Of a DNA stretch of 62,267 nucleotides, positions 19,323-29,214 are shown piece by piece (the stretch's first letter is position 1; every line of letters begins with the position of its first letter). The notes below the pieces were generated by a model that was not told where the DNA came from, did not search any database, and worked only from the letters and a program-made list of their open reading frames with translations. The DNA comes from Patescibacteria group bacterium (lineage in GTDB: Bacteria; Patescibacteriota; Patescibacteriia; Patescibacteriales; UBA12465), in assembly GCA_041651095.1 (NCBI GenBank), contig JBAZJV010000007.1:1-62267 (forward strand), written 5' to 3'. The translations under genes and the position numbers were made by a program.

Positions 19323-20108
19323 TTACACTAGTTCGGCGAACCTTTTTTTATATCTATTGAAAATGAAGCAGCCGGCGGAAAACAAGACGATGCTAAAGAT
19401 AAGCATGGCCACGATCATCCAAAGCGGCGGACAAGACGAATAGATTACGACGCGACGGGAAATTTCCAAAAAATAGAATAGCGGATTGGCGAGATTGGCG
19501 ATATAAACGCGGCTGCCGGCCGTAACCGCGTAAAAAATCGGCGTCACCAAAAATAAAAGCTGGGTAAAAATAGTCCAAACGTTATCTAAATCAGTGATAT
19601 AGACGCCGATAGTCGCGAAGATCAAAGAGATGCCGATGACCAGGCAAAAAAATACGGCAAAAATAAGAGGATAAAATAAGAGGCCGGTCAGAGGAATGTG
19701 CCAATACACGAGGAAACCAATGATTATCACCAACTCGGAAATATGGGACAAGGCCGCCTGGAATACAGCCGAAACGACTAAGACTTCCGGCGCGATGCTG
19801 TTCATGGATTTGATATAGTCCACGTTACCGGTGATCGCCCGGATGGAATTGACTGTCGCCTGACGAAAAAAATTCAAACCCGCGATACCCATAAACAAAT
19901 AGACCGGATAATCCTTGATGCCCGTATCAATGAAGGCGGTCTGCCGGATAAACAGGATGAGGGCGAATGAAACCAGAGGATTGAGCAGATACCACAAATT
20001 ACCCAGATAGCTGCCTTCGGTCCGGAGAGTAAAATTAGACTTAGCCAAAGAAAAACTGATCAGGATAATGCTCTTAATTTTCGTCCATCGATTTTTAGGA
20101 ATAAGCAC
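19323..20108 (-). CDS. wzm: Polysaccharide ABC exporter permease (Wzm)
   Basis: SYLG.LWYLLNPL, FLVTPIFY, NPL; about six TMs; upstream of wzt. Confidence 0.88.
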   Translation of the reverse strand: MLIPKNRWTKIKSIILISFSLAKSNFTLRTEGSYLGNLWYLLNPLVSFALILFIRQTAFIDTGIKDYPVYLFMGIAGLNFFRQATVNSIRAITGNVDYIKSMNSIAPEVLVVSAVFQAALSHISELVIIIGFLVYWHIPLTGLLFYPLIFAVFFCLVIGISLIFATIGVYITDLDNVWTIFTQLLFLVTPIFYAVTAGSRVYIANLANPLFYFLEISRRVVIYSSCPPLWMIVAMLIFSIVLFSAGCFIFNRYKKRFAELV

Positions 20109-20246
20109 AAGAAATTTTCTTAAATTTAGAAAGATATTAAAATTATAGCAAATACAGAGTATTTAGACTACTTGATAAAAACGGCCTATCGGGGCGATCG
20201 CTTATTGCTCAATCGCCTGAAAATAGCTAAAATATCATAAAAAGAT

Positions 20247-20927
20247 ATGCTTGCAAACATTAGAAAGTCGGCTCTGGATTTGACGGCAAAAATAAAAAAA
20301 CAACTGATTTTAAAACGGCTTGAAAAGAGGCGCCGAAATCGGGATATCCAGCTCAGCGCCGGCGAGATTTACGCCGTGCAAGCCGCTATCAAGGCGCCGG
20401 CTAATTTTTTGGTCTTCGGATTGGGCTACGACTCCGAACTATGGCATCAAGCCAATCCGGGCGGGCGGACCGTCTTTCTGGAAGACGATCCGGAGTGGTT
20501 CGAAAAAATCAAAAAAGAAAGCCCGCGGCTGGAAGCTTACTTGATAAAATACACGACCCGGATAGATGATTGGCGAGAACTGCTGGAACAACCGGAAAAG
20601 CTGTCCATTTCCTTGCCGCCGGCTATCGCCGCCGGGTGCTGGGACTTAATCTTGATCGACGGCCCGGCCGGCTGGCAAAGCGGCCAGCCGGGACGGATGC
20701 AAAGTATTTATCTGGCATCACGGCTGATCAAACCGGGAGGGGATGTCTTCGTGCATGATTGCGACCGGGAAGTCGAAAACCGATACGCCGATAAATATCT
20801 GGGCCGACAGAATATCATAGGAGAAACGACCGGCCGGGCGCTGTTGCGCCACTATCGTCCCGGTCAGAATCCGACGACCGAGATTAGGCAGCGGCGAGCA
20901 TCGCCAAAAGACGAAAATTCCCAATAA
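20247..20927 (+). CDS. DUF579/GXMT-IRX15-like polysaccharide O-methyltransferase
   Basis: NFLVFGLGYDS.LW..NPGGRTVFLEDD..W, WDLILIDGP.G....PGRM..IY, DVFVHD..R match plant glucuronoxylan methyltransferase motifs. Confidence 0.8.
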   Translation: MLANIRKSALDLTAKIKKQLILKRLEKRRRNRDIQLSAGEIYAVQAAIKAPANFLVFGLGYDSELWHQANPGGRTVFLEDDPEWFEKIKKESPRLEAYLIKYTTRIDDWRELLEQPEKLSISLPPAIAAGCWDLILIDGPAGWQSGQPGRMQSIYLASRLIKPGGDVFVHDCDREVENRYADKYLGRQNIIGETTGRALLRHYRPGQNPTTEIRQRRASPKDENSQ

Positions 20928-20961
20928 AAAAGGCCGGCGATATTGTCCGGCCCGTTTTTTA

Positions 20962-21183
20962 TCATGAAGAACAAAACGTCTCTTTAATGCTCTCCCGGAT
21001 TTGACGGAAACGCACGGCCCGCTCCGGGTTAAGGCAAGCCGTGGGCGCCGGGTCACGAACCGGGATTTCCAAGCGGCAACCCGATCCGCAACCATAGCAC
21101 AAATACTGTTGGAGAATCAGACGCTTAGGGGGATCGGAAATGATCCCTCCTTGAATCCACCTTACTCCTATATTTACTTCCAT
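20962..21183 (-). CDS. Small Cys-containing hypothetical protein (73 aa, start MEVNIG)
   Basis: GGAGGG before the ATG; fills the gap between glgP and a convergent hairpin; CYGCGSGC motif. Confidence 0.45.
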   Translation of the reverse strand: MEVNIGVRWIQGGIISDPPKRLILQQYLCYGCGSGCRLEIPVRDPAPTACLNPERAVRFRQIRESIKETFCSS

Positions 21184-21245
21184 AAGCCCTCCGTTGAATA
21201 AAGAACCAATTAAAGTTGGAAATATACTATTGCAAGCTATCAAAT

Positions 21246-22925
21246 TTAAGCTATCGAATAAGCATCGCGTTGATATTCGCGCAGCACCCGCTCCGTATTA
21301 AAACGAGAGGCATTCAAGCTGATAGCGGAGCGCATCATTTCCTGCCAGGCGGCCGGATCGCGATAAAAGAGCGGCACAATTTCCTGCTCCAAGATATCAT
21401 AGAGGCTGGCCGCGTCCCTAGCGTTCTGCGTCTCCGCCTCCGGAACCCGCGTTTCCGCGATCGCCCAGCCGGTCTGACCCTTGATATAACCCTCCGGCCA
21501 CCAGCCGTCCAGGGTGCCCAGCTGCGGCACGCCGTTATGTGCCGCTTTCATGCCGCTGGTCCCCGAAGCTTCATTGGGCGGGAGCGGCGTATTCAGCCAC
21601 AAGTCGACACCGGCGGTCATGATCTTTGCCAATTCCATTTCATAATCTTCCAAGAAAATTAATCTAATCTGGTCACGATATCGGCCGATCAGCCGATGAA
21701 TATCGGCGATCAAACCCTGGCCCTCATCATCGGCCGGATGAGCCTTGCCGCCATAAACGATCTGGAGCGGACCGCATTTTTCCTGGATCCGAAGCAGACG
21801 GTCCATATCTTGCAGCAACAAAGCCGGCCGCTTATAGGGGGCGAAGCGGCGCCCGAAACCAATCGTCATGACTTCCGGCTGCCATTTTAGGCCGGAGCGT
21901 TCCTCGATAAGCGCAAGCAGCCGGCCCTTGGCAACTTGGTGCGCCCGGACAATCTCCGATACAGGAATATCGGCCGCCTGCGCCAGCTTTAGGCTGGCTT
22001 GCCGCCAGCCGGGAATATATTGATCATACAAAGCCTGGAATTCCGGCGCCGTCCAGGACTGAGAATGGACGCCGTTCGTAACCTTATGGATCGTCTGATC
22101 GGGAAACAACTGGACGGCAAGCTGTTGATGCTGGGCGGAAACCGCGTTGGCATAGCCGCTGAAATATAGGGCCACCTGCGTCATATCCACTTCACGGTTA
22201 ATAACCAGCCCGGGCAGCTGCGCCGGAAAATCCGGCTGATAGGCCAGAACCGTATCCAGAGGCAAAAAACTATGGGCCAGCTTAAGCGGCGTATGGGTGG
22301 TAAAGACGCAGGCCTGTCTGGTCTCAATGAGTTTCGCCTGGTCATCCTGCGCCGTCGCCGCCAGGAAGCGGTCGACCGCGACAAAAGCACCATGACCTTC
22401 GTTGATATGATACTTATCGACCCGGTAACCGAGGGCTTGCAAGGCCGCGAAGCCGCCCCGGCCCAAAATGATCGTCTGAAGCAGTCGGTAGGTCTCATCG
22501 CCGCCATAGAGCTGGCCGGTCAGACCGCGATACTCCGCCTTATTTTCCGGATATTTAGTATCCAGGAAATAGACCGGGACTTCCCCGCCGCTCGCGCTTT
22601 TGATCAGATAGCGCCAAACCCCTATTCGAACGCGGTTAGAAGCGATATTGATCCAAAATGAAATATCCAACTTTTCCAATAATGAAAAATCATAGTCGGC
22701 GTCCGGCGTCTCGTCCTGTTCGCCGGCCGGGTTGATCGTCTGCTCGAAATATCCTTGGTCGCTCAAGAGCGTGACACCGACCATCGGCAACCCGATGTCC
22801 GCAGCGGAACGCAAAATATCTCCGGCTAAGACACCGAGGCCGCCGGAATAGGACTTGATGCCGTCTTCCAGGGCGATCTCCATGCTGAAATAGGCGACGA
22901 CCGGAAGATTTGGCGAATGAGGCAT
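21246..22925 (-). CDS. glgP: Alpha-glucan (glycogen/starch) phosphorylase, short form
   Basis: YFSMEIAL..YSGGLGVLAGD, NEGH, FTTHTP, RRFAPYKR, PLP motif EASGTSGMKAA. Confidence 0.95.
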   Translation of the reverse strand: MPHSPNLPVVAYFSMEIALEDGIKSYSGGLGVLAGDILRSAADIGLPMVGVTLLSDQGYFEQTINPAGEQDETPDADYDFSLLEKLDISFWINIASNRVRIGVWRYLIKSASGGEVPVYFLDTKYPENKAEYRGLTGQLYGGDETYRLLQTIILGRGGFAALQALGYRVDKYHINEGHGAFVAVDRFLAATAQDDQAKLIETRQACVFTTHTPLKLAHSFLPLDTVLAYQPDFPAQLPGLVINREVDMTQVALYFSGYANAVSAQHQQLAVQLFPDQTIHKVTNGVHSQSWTAPEFQALYDQYIPGWRQASLKLAQAADIPVSEIVRAHQVAKGRLLALIEERSGLKWQPEVMTIGFGRRFAPYKRPALLLQDMDRLLRIQEKCGPLQIVYGGKAHPADDEGQGLIADIHRLIGRYRDQIRLIFLEDYEMELAKIMTAGVDLWLNTPLPPNEASGTSGMKAAHNGVPQLGTLDGWWPEGYIKGQTGWAIAETRVPEAETQNARDAASLYDILEQEIVPLFYRDPAAWQEMMRSAISLNASRFNTERVLREYQRDAYSIA

Positions 22926-22926
22926 A

Positions 22927-23496
22927 TTAATTTTCTCTAGCCTTCTTTATTAACTCCTTGAATTCCTGATAATACGGTTCCAGCTCTTGCCGGCAAATAT
23001 CCAAAGACAGGATATTATGCTTCTCTTCCAGTTTAGCCTCCAGCTGATTCAGGCAACCAGTGAAATCGGCGCCACGGCCGCTAAAAATCATAAACGCGTT
23101 GAAGAAGCCGGCCGGCGACAAGAAACGATAACAGTCGGCATTGGCGCAGATTTCCGCCTCTAAACAAGAATAGGCCGGAACGCCATGGTGCGATTCAATA
23201 CAGTCAACGATTTTGCGAAAAATTTCCGGATCCAGATTGAACGGCCGCAAGAATGCTTGAGCAGCGCGCGAACTTTCCGCCACGTGCTCGGCCAGGCGAT
23301 TGGCGCCAAAACACTGGCCGATCTTCAAATCCATCAGCATCGTGCCCAATAGGACGATTTCTTGATCGGCGCCGAGCTTGGCGGCCAACTCCTGACCCTT
23401 GGCGTTCGCCAGCAAAAAATGCTCTAATTTCGGCATGGCGAATCGGCTGATCTCGGCTAAAGCCAACTCGCGGGACTTATTTATCAGCTCTTCCAT
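22927..23496 (-). CDS. HD-fold protein with degenerate motif
   Basis: LLGTMLMD in place of LLHD, then H.AES, IESHH and ANAD. Confidence 0.55.
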   Translation of the reverse strand: MEELINKSRELALAEISRFAMPKLEHFLLANAKGQELAAKLGADQEIVLLGTMLMDLKIGQCFGANRLAEHVAESSRAAQAFLRPFNLDPEIFRKIVDCIESHHGVPAYSCLEAEICANADCYRFLSPAGFFNAFMIFSGRGADFTGCLNQLEAKLEEKHNILSLDICRQELEPYYQEFKELIKKAREN

Positions 23497-23592
23497 AAGA
23501 CTAGTATTATATACTTATATTTTAGCATATCAGCCTGATTTATAAACCAGGCGGCCCGGTCGACCGGGCCGGCTGGATGCTATAAATAGCTT

Positions 23593-24165
23593 TTATCGGA
23601 CTTTACGCTTCCCTAATCGGATCGCCAGCAATATCGAGGCGCTGGCCAGACAGATATAAACAGGAAAAACTAATAAGATCCCATTCAGACTGCCGACGGC
23701 TAGACAGCCCAAGGCGCCGCCGATGAAAGTCAGCCACCAGGCGCTCGGAGTTTCGCTGGCGGGCTGTTCATAGGACTTAATGGCGGTCAGGGCGGCTCCC
23801 ATAGCATCGATCAGGATAACAATGAATAAAGCGACAGCCGCTTCTTTAGTTAATCCCCATAGAATTAATCCCAACAATAGCCCGCCCAAGGCCCCAATAT
23901 CCCTCTTTAATAACCCGCCATAACCCCATTTGATAGCTAGTACGAAAATTAATAAATCGCCTGCTGTTTGGGCAGCAGGCAGAATCAAAGAAAAAGTGGC
24001 GCCTTCGGCTAGTTGGGTCGAGAAAAAAATCACACCCAACAAAGCCCAAATCAACCAGGACATCCTTTCCGGCCTGGTCTGGCCGCGGAGAATATCCCTG
24101 ACATATGGCAAAAAAGACAGCAAGATGGCTAAGCCGGACAAATAACCGGCGACTGACACCAACAT
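23593..24165 (-). CDS. Small multi-pass membrane protein (CPR-type)
   Basis: About six TMs; PY..DI..G.T.P..SW pattern. Confidence 0.75.
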   Translation of the reverse strand: MLVSVAGYLSGLAILLSFLPYVRDILRGQTRPERMSWLIWALLGVIFFSTQLAEGATFSLILPAAQTAGDLLIFVLAIKWGYGGLLKRDIGALGGLLLGLILWGLTKEAAVALFIVILIDAMGAALTAIKSYEQPASETPSAWWLTFIGGALGCLAVGSLNGILLVFPVYICLASASILLAIRLGKRKVR

Positions 24166-24248
24166 ATACGCATTATTATACCAAAATTATCTGATTTAAG
24201 CCCATAAAAGTCAAATAAAAAAGGAGTCGTATGACTCCTTAAAATCGA

Positions 24249-24632
24249 TTAAGCGTTATCCTCTGGCGTCATTATGGACGCCCGGATCAACTGTGATTTT
24301 CTGCGGCCGCGGAAAAATAATCTAGCGGCGTAGGCACAACTGATTATACAAAGGATCAAAACCGTCTGCCAGGAAAAATCCAGATGATAAACTCGCAAAC
24401 TGCTGGATATCGCCAAGATGAAAGTGATATAGAATAAAGCCTGACCGGCGACCATGGAAGCGATGATATCCTTGGCCGACAAACCATGCTTTATATATTC
24501 ATTTTCATACAGGCCAAAAATATTGGCGATAAATGCCGGCCCGAGCACCGGCACTATATTAGAGAAAAAAAACAGCGTCATCAGCGCCCCGCAGACATAA
24601 CGACAAAAAGAACGATCCGAATATTTGTGCAT
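24249..24632 (-). CDS. Hypothetical membrane protein
   Basis: 127-aa ORF with three TMs, own SD-like site and downstream hairpin. Confidence 0.6.
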   Translation of the reverse strand: MHKYSDRSFCRYVCGALMTLFFFSNIVPVLGPAFIANIFGLYENEYIKHGLSAKDIIASMVAGQALFYITFILAISSSLRVYHLDFSWQTVLILCIISCAYAARLFFRGRRKSQLIRASIMTPEDNA

Positions 24633-24769
24633 GATACTTTCCCTTATGTTTATTATTTGTTGAAAGAACTTAAATATTTCTTTTTAATATTCCAATCTAA
24701 CATGCTCCGCCCATTAAGTAAAGGGGGGTATTTAAATAATAAAAAATAGGCTAACAATTTAGCCTATTC

Positions 24770-25273
24770 TTAGTACCGATAGCGCATTATTGGCTTGGTA
24801 CTAAATTTGAATATAAATTGGCGAAACCAGCGGCGCCAAAATGGCAGCGCGGCTTCCATTAATTGCAGGCGGGCGACCACCATCTTGAATACACCCTCAC
24901 AGAGATCGTCATACCTCCGGAATTCGTACCCCGGGAGCTGCGGATCTATAACGAGTTTAGAGACCTTGGCTTCCCGGTGAGCTACGGCCAACAGCGGCCT
25001 TTTTCTTTTCTCCGCCTGCGTGGCCATTTCCCAGCCCAGACCCAAAGACGGAAAATCACAGATAGCTACTAACAGATCGCATTTATAAACGCAGCCTCTG
25101 ATGTCATAAACATAGACATCATGAGGAATATTCGCGTCTGCCAGCCCCTTAAAAACCAAGACTTGGCAGACCCCCTTAAGACGTTCTTGCAAACGCTCAA
25201 CGCTGGACCGGAATTCAGCGGGAGCATGAGTCAAAGAACAGCCGACATATACCTTGAAATAATAATATTCCAT
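24770..25273 (-). CDS. Nucleoside 2-deoxyribosyltransferase / DNPH1(Rcl)-like N-glycosidase
   Basis: VYVGCSL, CDLLVAICDFPSLGLGWE (cf. DNPH1 PSLGVGYE). Confidence 0.7.
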   Translation of the reverse strand: MEYYYFKVYVGCSLTHAPAEFRSSVERLQERLKGVCQVLVFKGLADANIPHDVYVYDIRGCVYKCDLLVAICDFPSLGLGWEMATQAEKRKRPLLAVAHREAKVSKLVIDPQLPGYEFRRYDDLCEGVFKMVVARLQLMEAALPFWRRWFRQFIFKFSTKPIMRYRY

Positions 25274-25351
25274 GGTCTGCCCCTCTATTTATTAACGAAA
25301 TTATTTTTTAAAGAGTCATTATAATCTAGCAAGTAATACGGCGTCTGTCAA

Positions 25352-26146
25352 TTATCTACAGTAATCGGAATAGGGGTGAAAAATGCGATAGCCGTCTTTT
25401 TTCTGCAGCTGCCGCTTGATATAATCCGACCGGATTTCTATGCCCTTAGCATTAAGCGGCGTCCGGCCACTATCGGCCGCCCGATTGAACCAGCGGACGC
25501 CGAGATCTCTTCGGTAGAACGGTATTTTAAAAATTTTGGCGTAAGTCGGAATCTTATATTCCAACATGCCAAAGGTCTTATTCTTGATAGCCGACCACTG
25601 TTCAAAAAATAATCTAGGAAATAGCGGCAAGATAAATAAGCTGGCCCACAATTTCTGCTGGTAACCATAGGCGGATTGCACATGTCGGACAAAATTTAAG
25701 TAATTTTGCCGCCGCCGGCCGCCCGGCTTGGTCCAATGCCATTTTCGCTCTATCGTCTTATCCAAACGTCTGACACCTGAAATAAATATCTCATTCTGCC
25801 GCAAACCAGGGAATTGCTGTTTTAGGCTGCCTAGGACCAAAGCGTCCCACTGGATGACAAGGACGCTGTCCCAATTTGCCAGTCGCCGTCCTTGTTTTTG
25901 ATACCAATCAAGAATTAAGAGATCGCCGTTAATCCATTTCCAAGCGCCGGGGCGATGGCTATAAGATGAAATATAGAATTCATCTAAATATGCGGCTAAC
26001 TTTCTCCGATAAATACGGGCCTGCTTACGGTCGCCGCCGAACAAACCGAAAATCTTCAGCCGAGGATTATGCTTCTTAATCAGCTGTAAATGATTCAGGC
26101 AGATATCCGGCTCCTTATAGAACCAAAATAAGACGGCTAATTTCAT
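25352..26146 (-). CDS. Hypothetical protein, possible GT-A-fold glycosyltransferase
   Basis: N-terminal beta strand (LAVLFWFY), NGD, VIQWDALV acidic motif after a beta strand. Confidence 0.45.
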   Translation of the reverse strand: MKLAVLFWFYKEPDICLNHLQLIKKHNPRLKIFGLFGGDRKQARIYRRKLAAYLDEFYISSYSHRPGAWKWINGDLLILDWYQKQGRRLANWDSVLVIQWDALVLGSLKQQFPGLRQNEIFISGVRRLDKTIERKWHWTKPGGRRRQNYLNFVRHVQSAYGYQQKLWASLFILPLFPRLFFEQWSAIKNKTFGMLEYKIPTYAKIFKIPFYRRDLGVRWFNRAADSGRTPLNAKGIEIRSDYIKRQLQKKDGYRIFHPYSDYCR

Positions 26147-26156
26147 AGTTAACTTA

Positions 26157-26603
26157 TCAAGTCCATTTTTTAATCAACAGCAACCTCGGCTCACCATCGC
26201 CGAAATGATTCTTGTGCCAACTATCGATCATAAAGCCGAGCGATAAGTATAACGATAAGGCGCGGACGTTATGCGGATGGACCATCATCTCGATGCGCGA
26301 ATATGATCTGATCTTCCGTAACATTAAAATCATCGCCTGGCGGGCAAAACCTCGGCCTTGATATTTAGGGGCTATAATCAGACCGTTGATAGTCACGGTC
26401 TGATTTTTCGCTACCCGGTAGACGGCCAGACCGATGGTCAAAGATCTTAACTTAACTAGAAACACATGTTCGCGCTGCAGAGAATATCTGACTTCCGATT
26501 CTTTAAGGCGAGCCGAGTACATTTTGGAATCGGCTCCTTTTTCCAAAGCCAAAATAACTTTCAAATCGGCTATGGTCGCGGGTCGTAATTTTATCTTGTC
26601 CAT
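26157..26603 (-). CDS. GNAT N-acetyltransferase
   Basis: IAPKYQGRGFA (motif A), NVRALSLYLSLGF (motif B). Confidence 0.9.
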   Translation of the reverse strand: MDKIKLRPATIADLKVILALEKGADSKMYSARLKESEVRYSLQREHVFLVKLRSLTIGLAVYRVAKNQTVTINGLIIAPKYQGRGFARQAMILMLRKIRSYSRIEMMVHPHNVRALSLYLSLGFMIDSWHKNHFGDGEPRLLLIKKWT

Positions 26604-26607
26604 AAAA

Positions 26608-27666
26608 TTATTTAATCTTTTCCACCAATCCTTTAGTCGCCGACAATTTTAACATTTCTCCATCCTTGATGATGTCCGTAGCATACTTGGTGCCGGTAAT
26701 GCAGGGTATTTTCATCTCCCGGGAAATAATAGAGGCATGCGATAGGGCGCCGCCGTCATTGGTTACGATACCTTTTACTTTTTTCAAATAAGCAATAATA
26801 TCGGGCTTGGTCATCGGTGTTATTAGAATATCGCCAGATTTGATCTTTTTATAATCGCTGCTGGTCATGACTACGACTGCCCTGCCCTGCGCCGTGCCAG
26901 GGCAAGCCGCCATGCCGCTTAGGTGTTTGACGCTATAGTCTATCTTCAGATGCGCCAGCTCCTTGGCCAAGACTTTGGGAATATCGGAGAGCGCATACTC
27001 GCGGCTTTTCAGATCCTTGGTGATAACCAGATAGCTCTTTGCCCGCGCCCTGATCTTTTTCTGATCCAGCTGGCCGGTTTTCAAAAAGACCAGAAGCTCT
27101 TTCCGCTTCATGCTGGGAGCTAGTTCCAATAGGCGCCGATCATACTTGGCAAACAGCTTGGGAAAACCAATATTCATATCCATATCGGTCGTGTACATCC
27201 TGATCCTTTCAAAACGCTTGCCATAACGCTTTAAAAATTTTTTAATATTGGGCCAGTCGCCGGCGTAGCCCATGAAAACGAAGAGCAAGAAATAGCCGAC
27301 GATTTGGAAGAATATTTTATCTAATTGCAGAAGCTTCTGTTTAATCTCTTGCTTATCTTTTAAACGCTTGATTCCCTTAACTAATTGGTCATGTTGAAAT
27401 ACCAGCTCGTCATACCTATCCATTTTTGCCACGATATCCCGAGGATGCGTAGCCATTTTATTAATCATCCGATATGACCTGTCCACATCCTTTTGTTCCC
27501 GATAGATATTCAGGATCTTGATATCGCCGCAGAATAAGTTATAGCGCAAGGTAGTGCCCACGGTCTTGCGCATTGATTTATAGGCTTCATTGGTGTAATC
27601 GGAATAGAGGAAAGAATATTGCCGGCTGACGACTTTTTGCCAATTAATGTGTTTATTTTTTGCCAT
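26608..27666 (-). CDS. PEP-utilizer mobile (phospho-His) domain protein with helical N-terminus
   Basis: C-terminal GTAQG..GDILITPMT.P..GIVTNDGGALSHASIISREMKIPC; no ATP-grasp or PEP-binding barrel. Confidence 0.88.
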   Translation of the reverse strand: MAKNKHINWQKVVSRQYSFLYSDYTNEAYKSMRKTVGTTLRYNLFCGDIKILNIYREQKDVDRSYRMINKMATHPRDIVAKMDRYDELVFQHDQLVKGIKRLKDKQEIKQKLLQLDKIFFQIVGYFLLFVFMGYAGDWPNIKKFLKRYGKRFERIRMYTTDMDMNIGFPKLFAKYDRRLLELAPSMKRKELLVFLKTGQLDQKKIRARAKSYLVITKDLKSREYALSDIPKVLAKELAHLKIDYSVKHLSGMAACPGTAQGRAVVVMTSSDYKKIKSGDILITPMTKPDIIAYLKKVKGIVTNDGGALSHASIISREMKIPCITGTKYATDIIKDGEMLKLSATKGLVEKIK

Positions 27667-29149
27667 AAGCGATTTTTTTGATTAATCCATGTTTAGCGTC
27701 GACTTCCACGAAGTCGCCATCTTTAAAAATCCTGGTGGCATCTTTAGCGCCAACGATACATGGTATCTGCAATTCCCGAGAAACAATGGCTGCATGCGAG
27801 GTGATGCCTCCTTCATTAGTCACTATGGCGGCCGCTTTTTTCATGGCTGGCAACAGAGCCGGGCTGGTCGTAACGGCAATCATGATATCACCGACGCTAA
27901 CTTTGGATAAATGGCGGACGGAATTCACTGTCCGCACGAAACCTTTAACCAAACCACTATAAGCGATCCGACCTCTGATCAAACTGATTTTGGCATTAGT
28001 TTTATCACGCGGTTTAAGCTCAGCCCAGGCCTTGGTCGCCTGTGCCCCTGTGACAACCCGAGCACTACGGCCAAATTCGGAAATAATCAAACTCCGGCGT
28101 ATCCGTTGCGATAGTTCCCTCCTGTATTTATTTATACCGGATAATAGCAAATGATACTCTGAGGGTAATAAATACTTAATAGCCAAGGGGCTAATGCGCA
28201 AACGCCGAGCTAATTCATCCTGTACGGCTTTGAGGCGAAACAAAGCCTCGGTAAATTCGTATTCGCGCGCCCATTTATAATACCCCAAGTTCCTGATGCT
28301 TTCGAAAACGCCGGTTTCTTTCTTATTCAAGGTTAATTCCTTCACTACGGCTTTGAACATAGCCTGCGTCCGTGAAGCATAGGATGATAAGTCCCTGCTT
28401 TGCTTGACCAGATCCTGTCCGGCTCTTTCTACCAACAGATTCGCTATATATTTTTCGTCCCAAGCTATGCCATCGCATAAGTCATAGGATAGCCATTGAT
28501 ATTCCTTAAGTAGCTTTTTTATCTCCGCTTGATAGCGCTGTCTAATATCTAAGAGACTGGTTTGACAAGTCGCTTTAATCCGCATGGCGAGTTTAATGAT
28601 CGCCAACTCGAATTTCACGTTACGGCCTAGACGCGGTTGATTCGTTAAGATGACATAAAGCTGAGAAAATCTGCCGGCTTGCCCTTTTAGTTTGCGGCGC
28701 AGTATCTTCTCCGCCGTCGTATATAAGACATTGTCTTGCGAATAGCCGGCCAAGATAGCCACCGTCCCGTAGGCATACATCTCACTGAACAATCGGGAAA
28801 AATCCTCAACCCAGTTGATCAATTTCTGGTTGCTGGCGGATCGGATGCGAGCTGTCGTGAAAGACTGCGAATATTTGTTGAGCTTAATGGCCCGTCGGAA
28901 AGCGGTTTCCAGGGAACGGGTAAAAACAGCCGGTTTGTCGACTGCTTGACGAGCTAAAGCGTTGGCTGTCTGATTATAGGCCTTTTCAGGATAAAGGTAA
29001 GTATTTTGCCCTTGTTCGTAATAATTCACGCCATAACTGATAGAGCTCTTAGGGAAAACCTTCTTGAAATCAGAAACTGTAGCCTCGGCCGCCAGGTTCA
29101 TGACGTATAGCGAATATGGACGATGTGACCAGATTGTTGTCAGGCGCAT
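27653..29149 (-). CDS. PEP-utilizer mobile (phospho-His) domain protein with long helical N-terminus
   Basis: GLVKG..GDIMIAVTTSP..AIVTNEGGITSHAAIVSRELQIPC. Confidence 0.9.
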   Translation of the reverse strand: MRLTTIWSHRPYSLYVMNLAAEATVSDFKKVFPKSSISYGVNYYEQGQNTYLYPEKAYNQTANALARQAVDKPAVFTRSLETAFRRAIKLNKYSQSFTTARIRSASNQKLINWVEDFSRLFSEMYAYGTVAILAGYSQDNVLYTTAEKILRRKLKGQAGRFSQLYVILTNQPRLGRNVKFELAIIKLAMRIKATCQTSLLDIRQRYQAEIKKLLKEYQWLSYDLCDGIAWDEKYIANLLVERAGQDLVKQSRDLSSYASRTQAMFKAVVKELTLNKKETGVFESIRNLGYYKWAREYEFTEALFRLKAVQDELARRLRISPLAIKYLLPSEYHLLLSGINKYRRELSQRIRRSLIISEFGRSARVVTGAQATKAWAELKPRDKTNAKISLIRGRIAYSGLVKGFVRTVNSVRHLSKVSVGDIMIAVTTSPALLPAMKKAAAIVTNEGGITSHAAIVSRELQIPCIVGAKDATRIFKDGDFVEVDAKHGLIKKIAYGKK

Positions 29150-29185
29150 AAGGGTTAATTAAGCCTAATATTAATATTTTATCAA

Positions 29186-29214
29186 AATAAGCCGTTAAAT
29201 CCTAACGGCTTATT
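29186..29214 (-). terminator. Intrinsic terminator overlapping the trmB stop codon
   Basis: 12-bp stem aataagccgtta/taacggcttatt followed by UUUU on the minus strand. Confidence 0.7.

Noticed and set aside
26608-29149. PEP synthase / pyruvate phosphate dikinase annotation
   Set aside because: Only the His domain is present; the nucleotide-binding and PEP-binding domains are missing.
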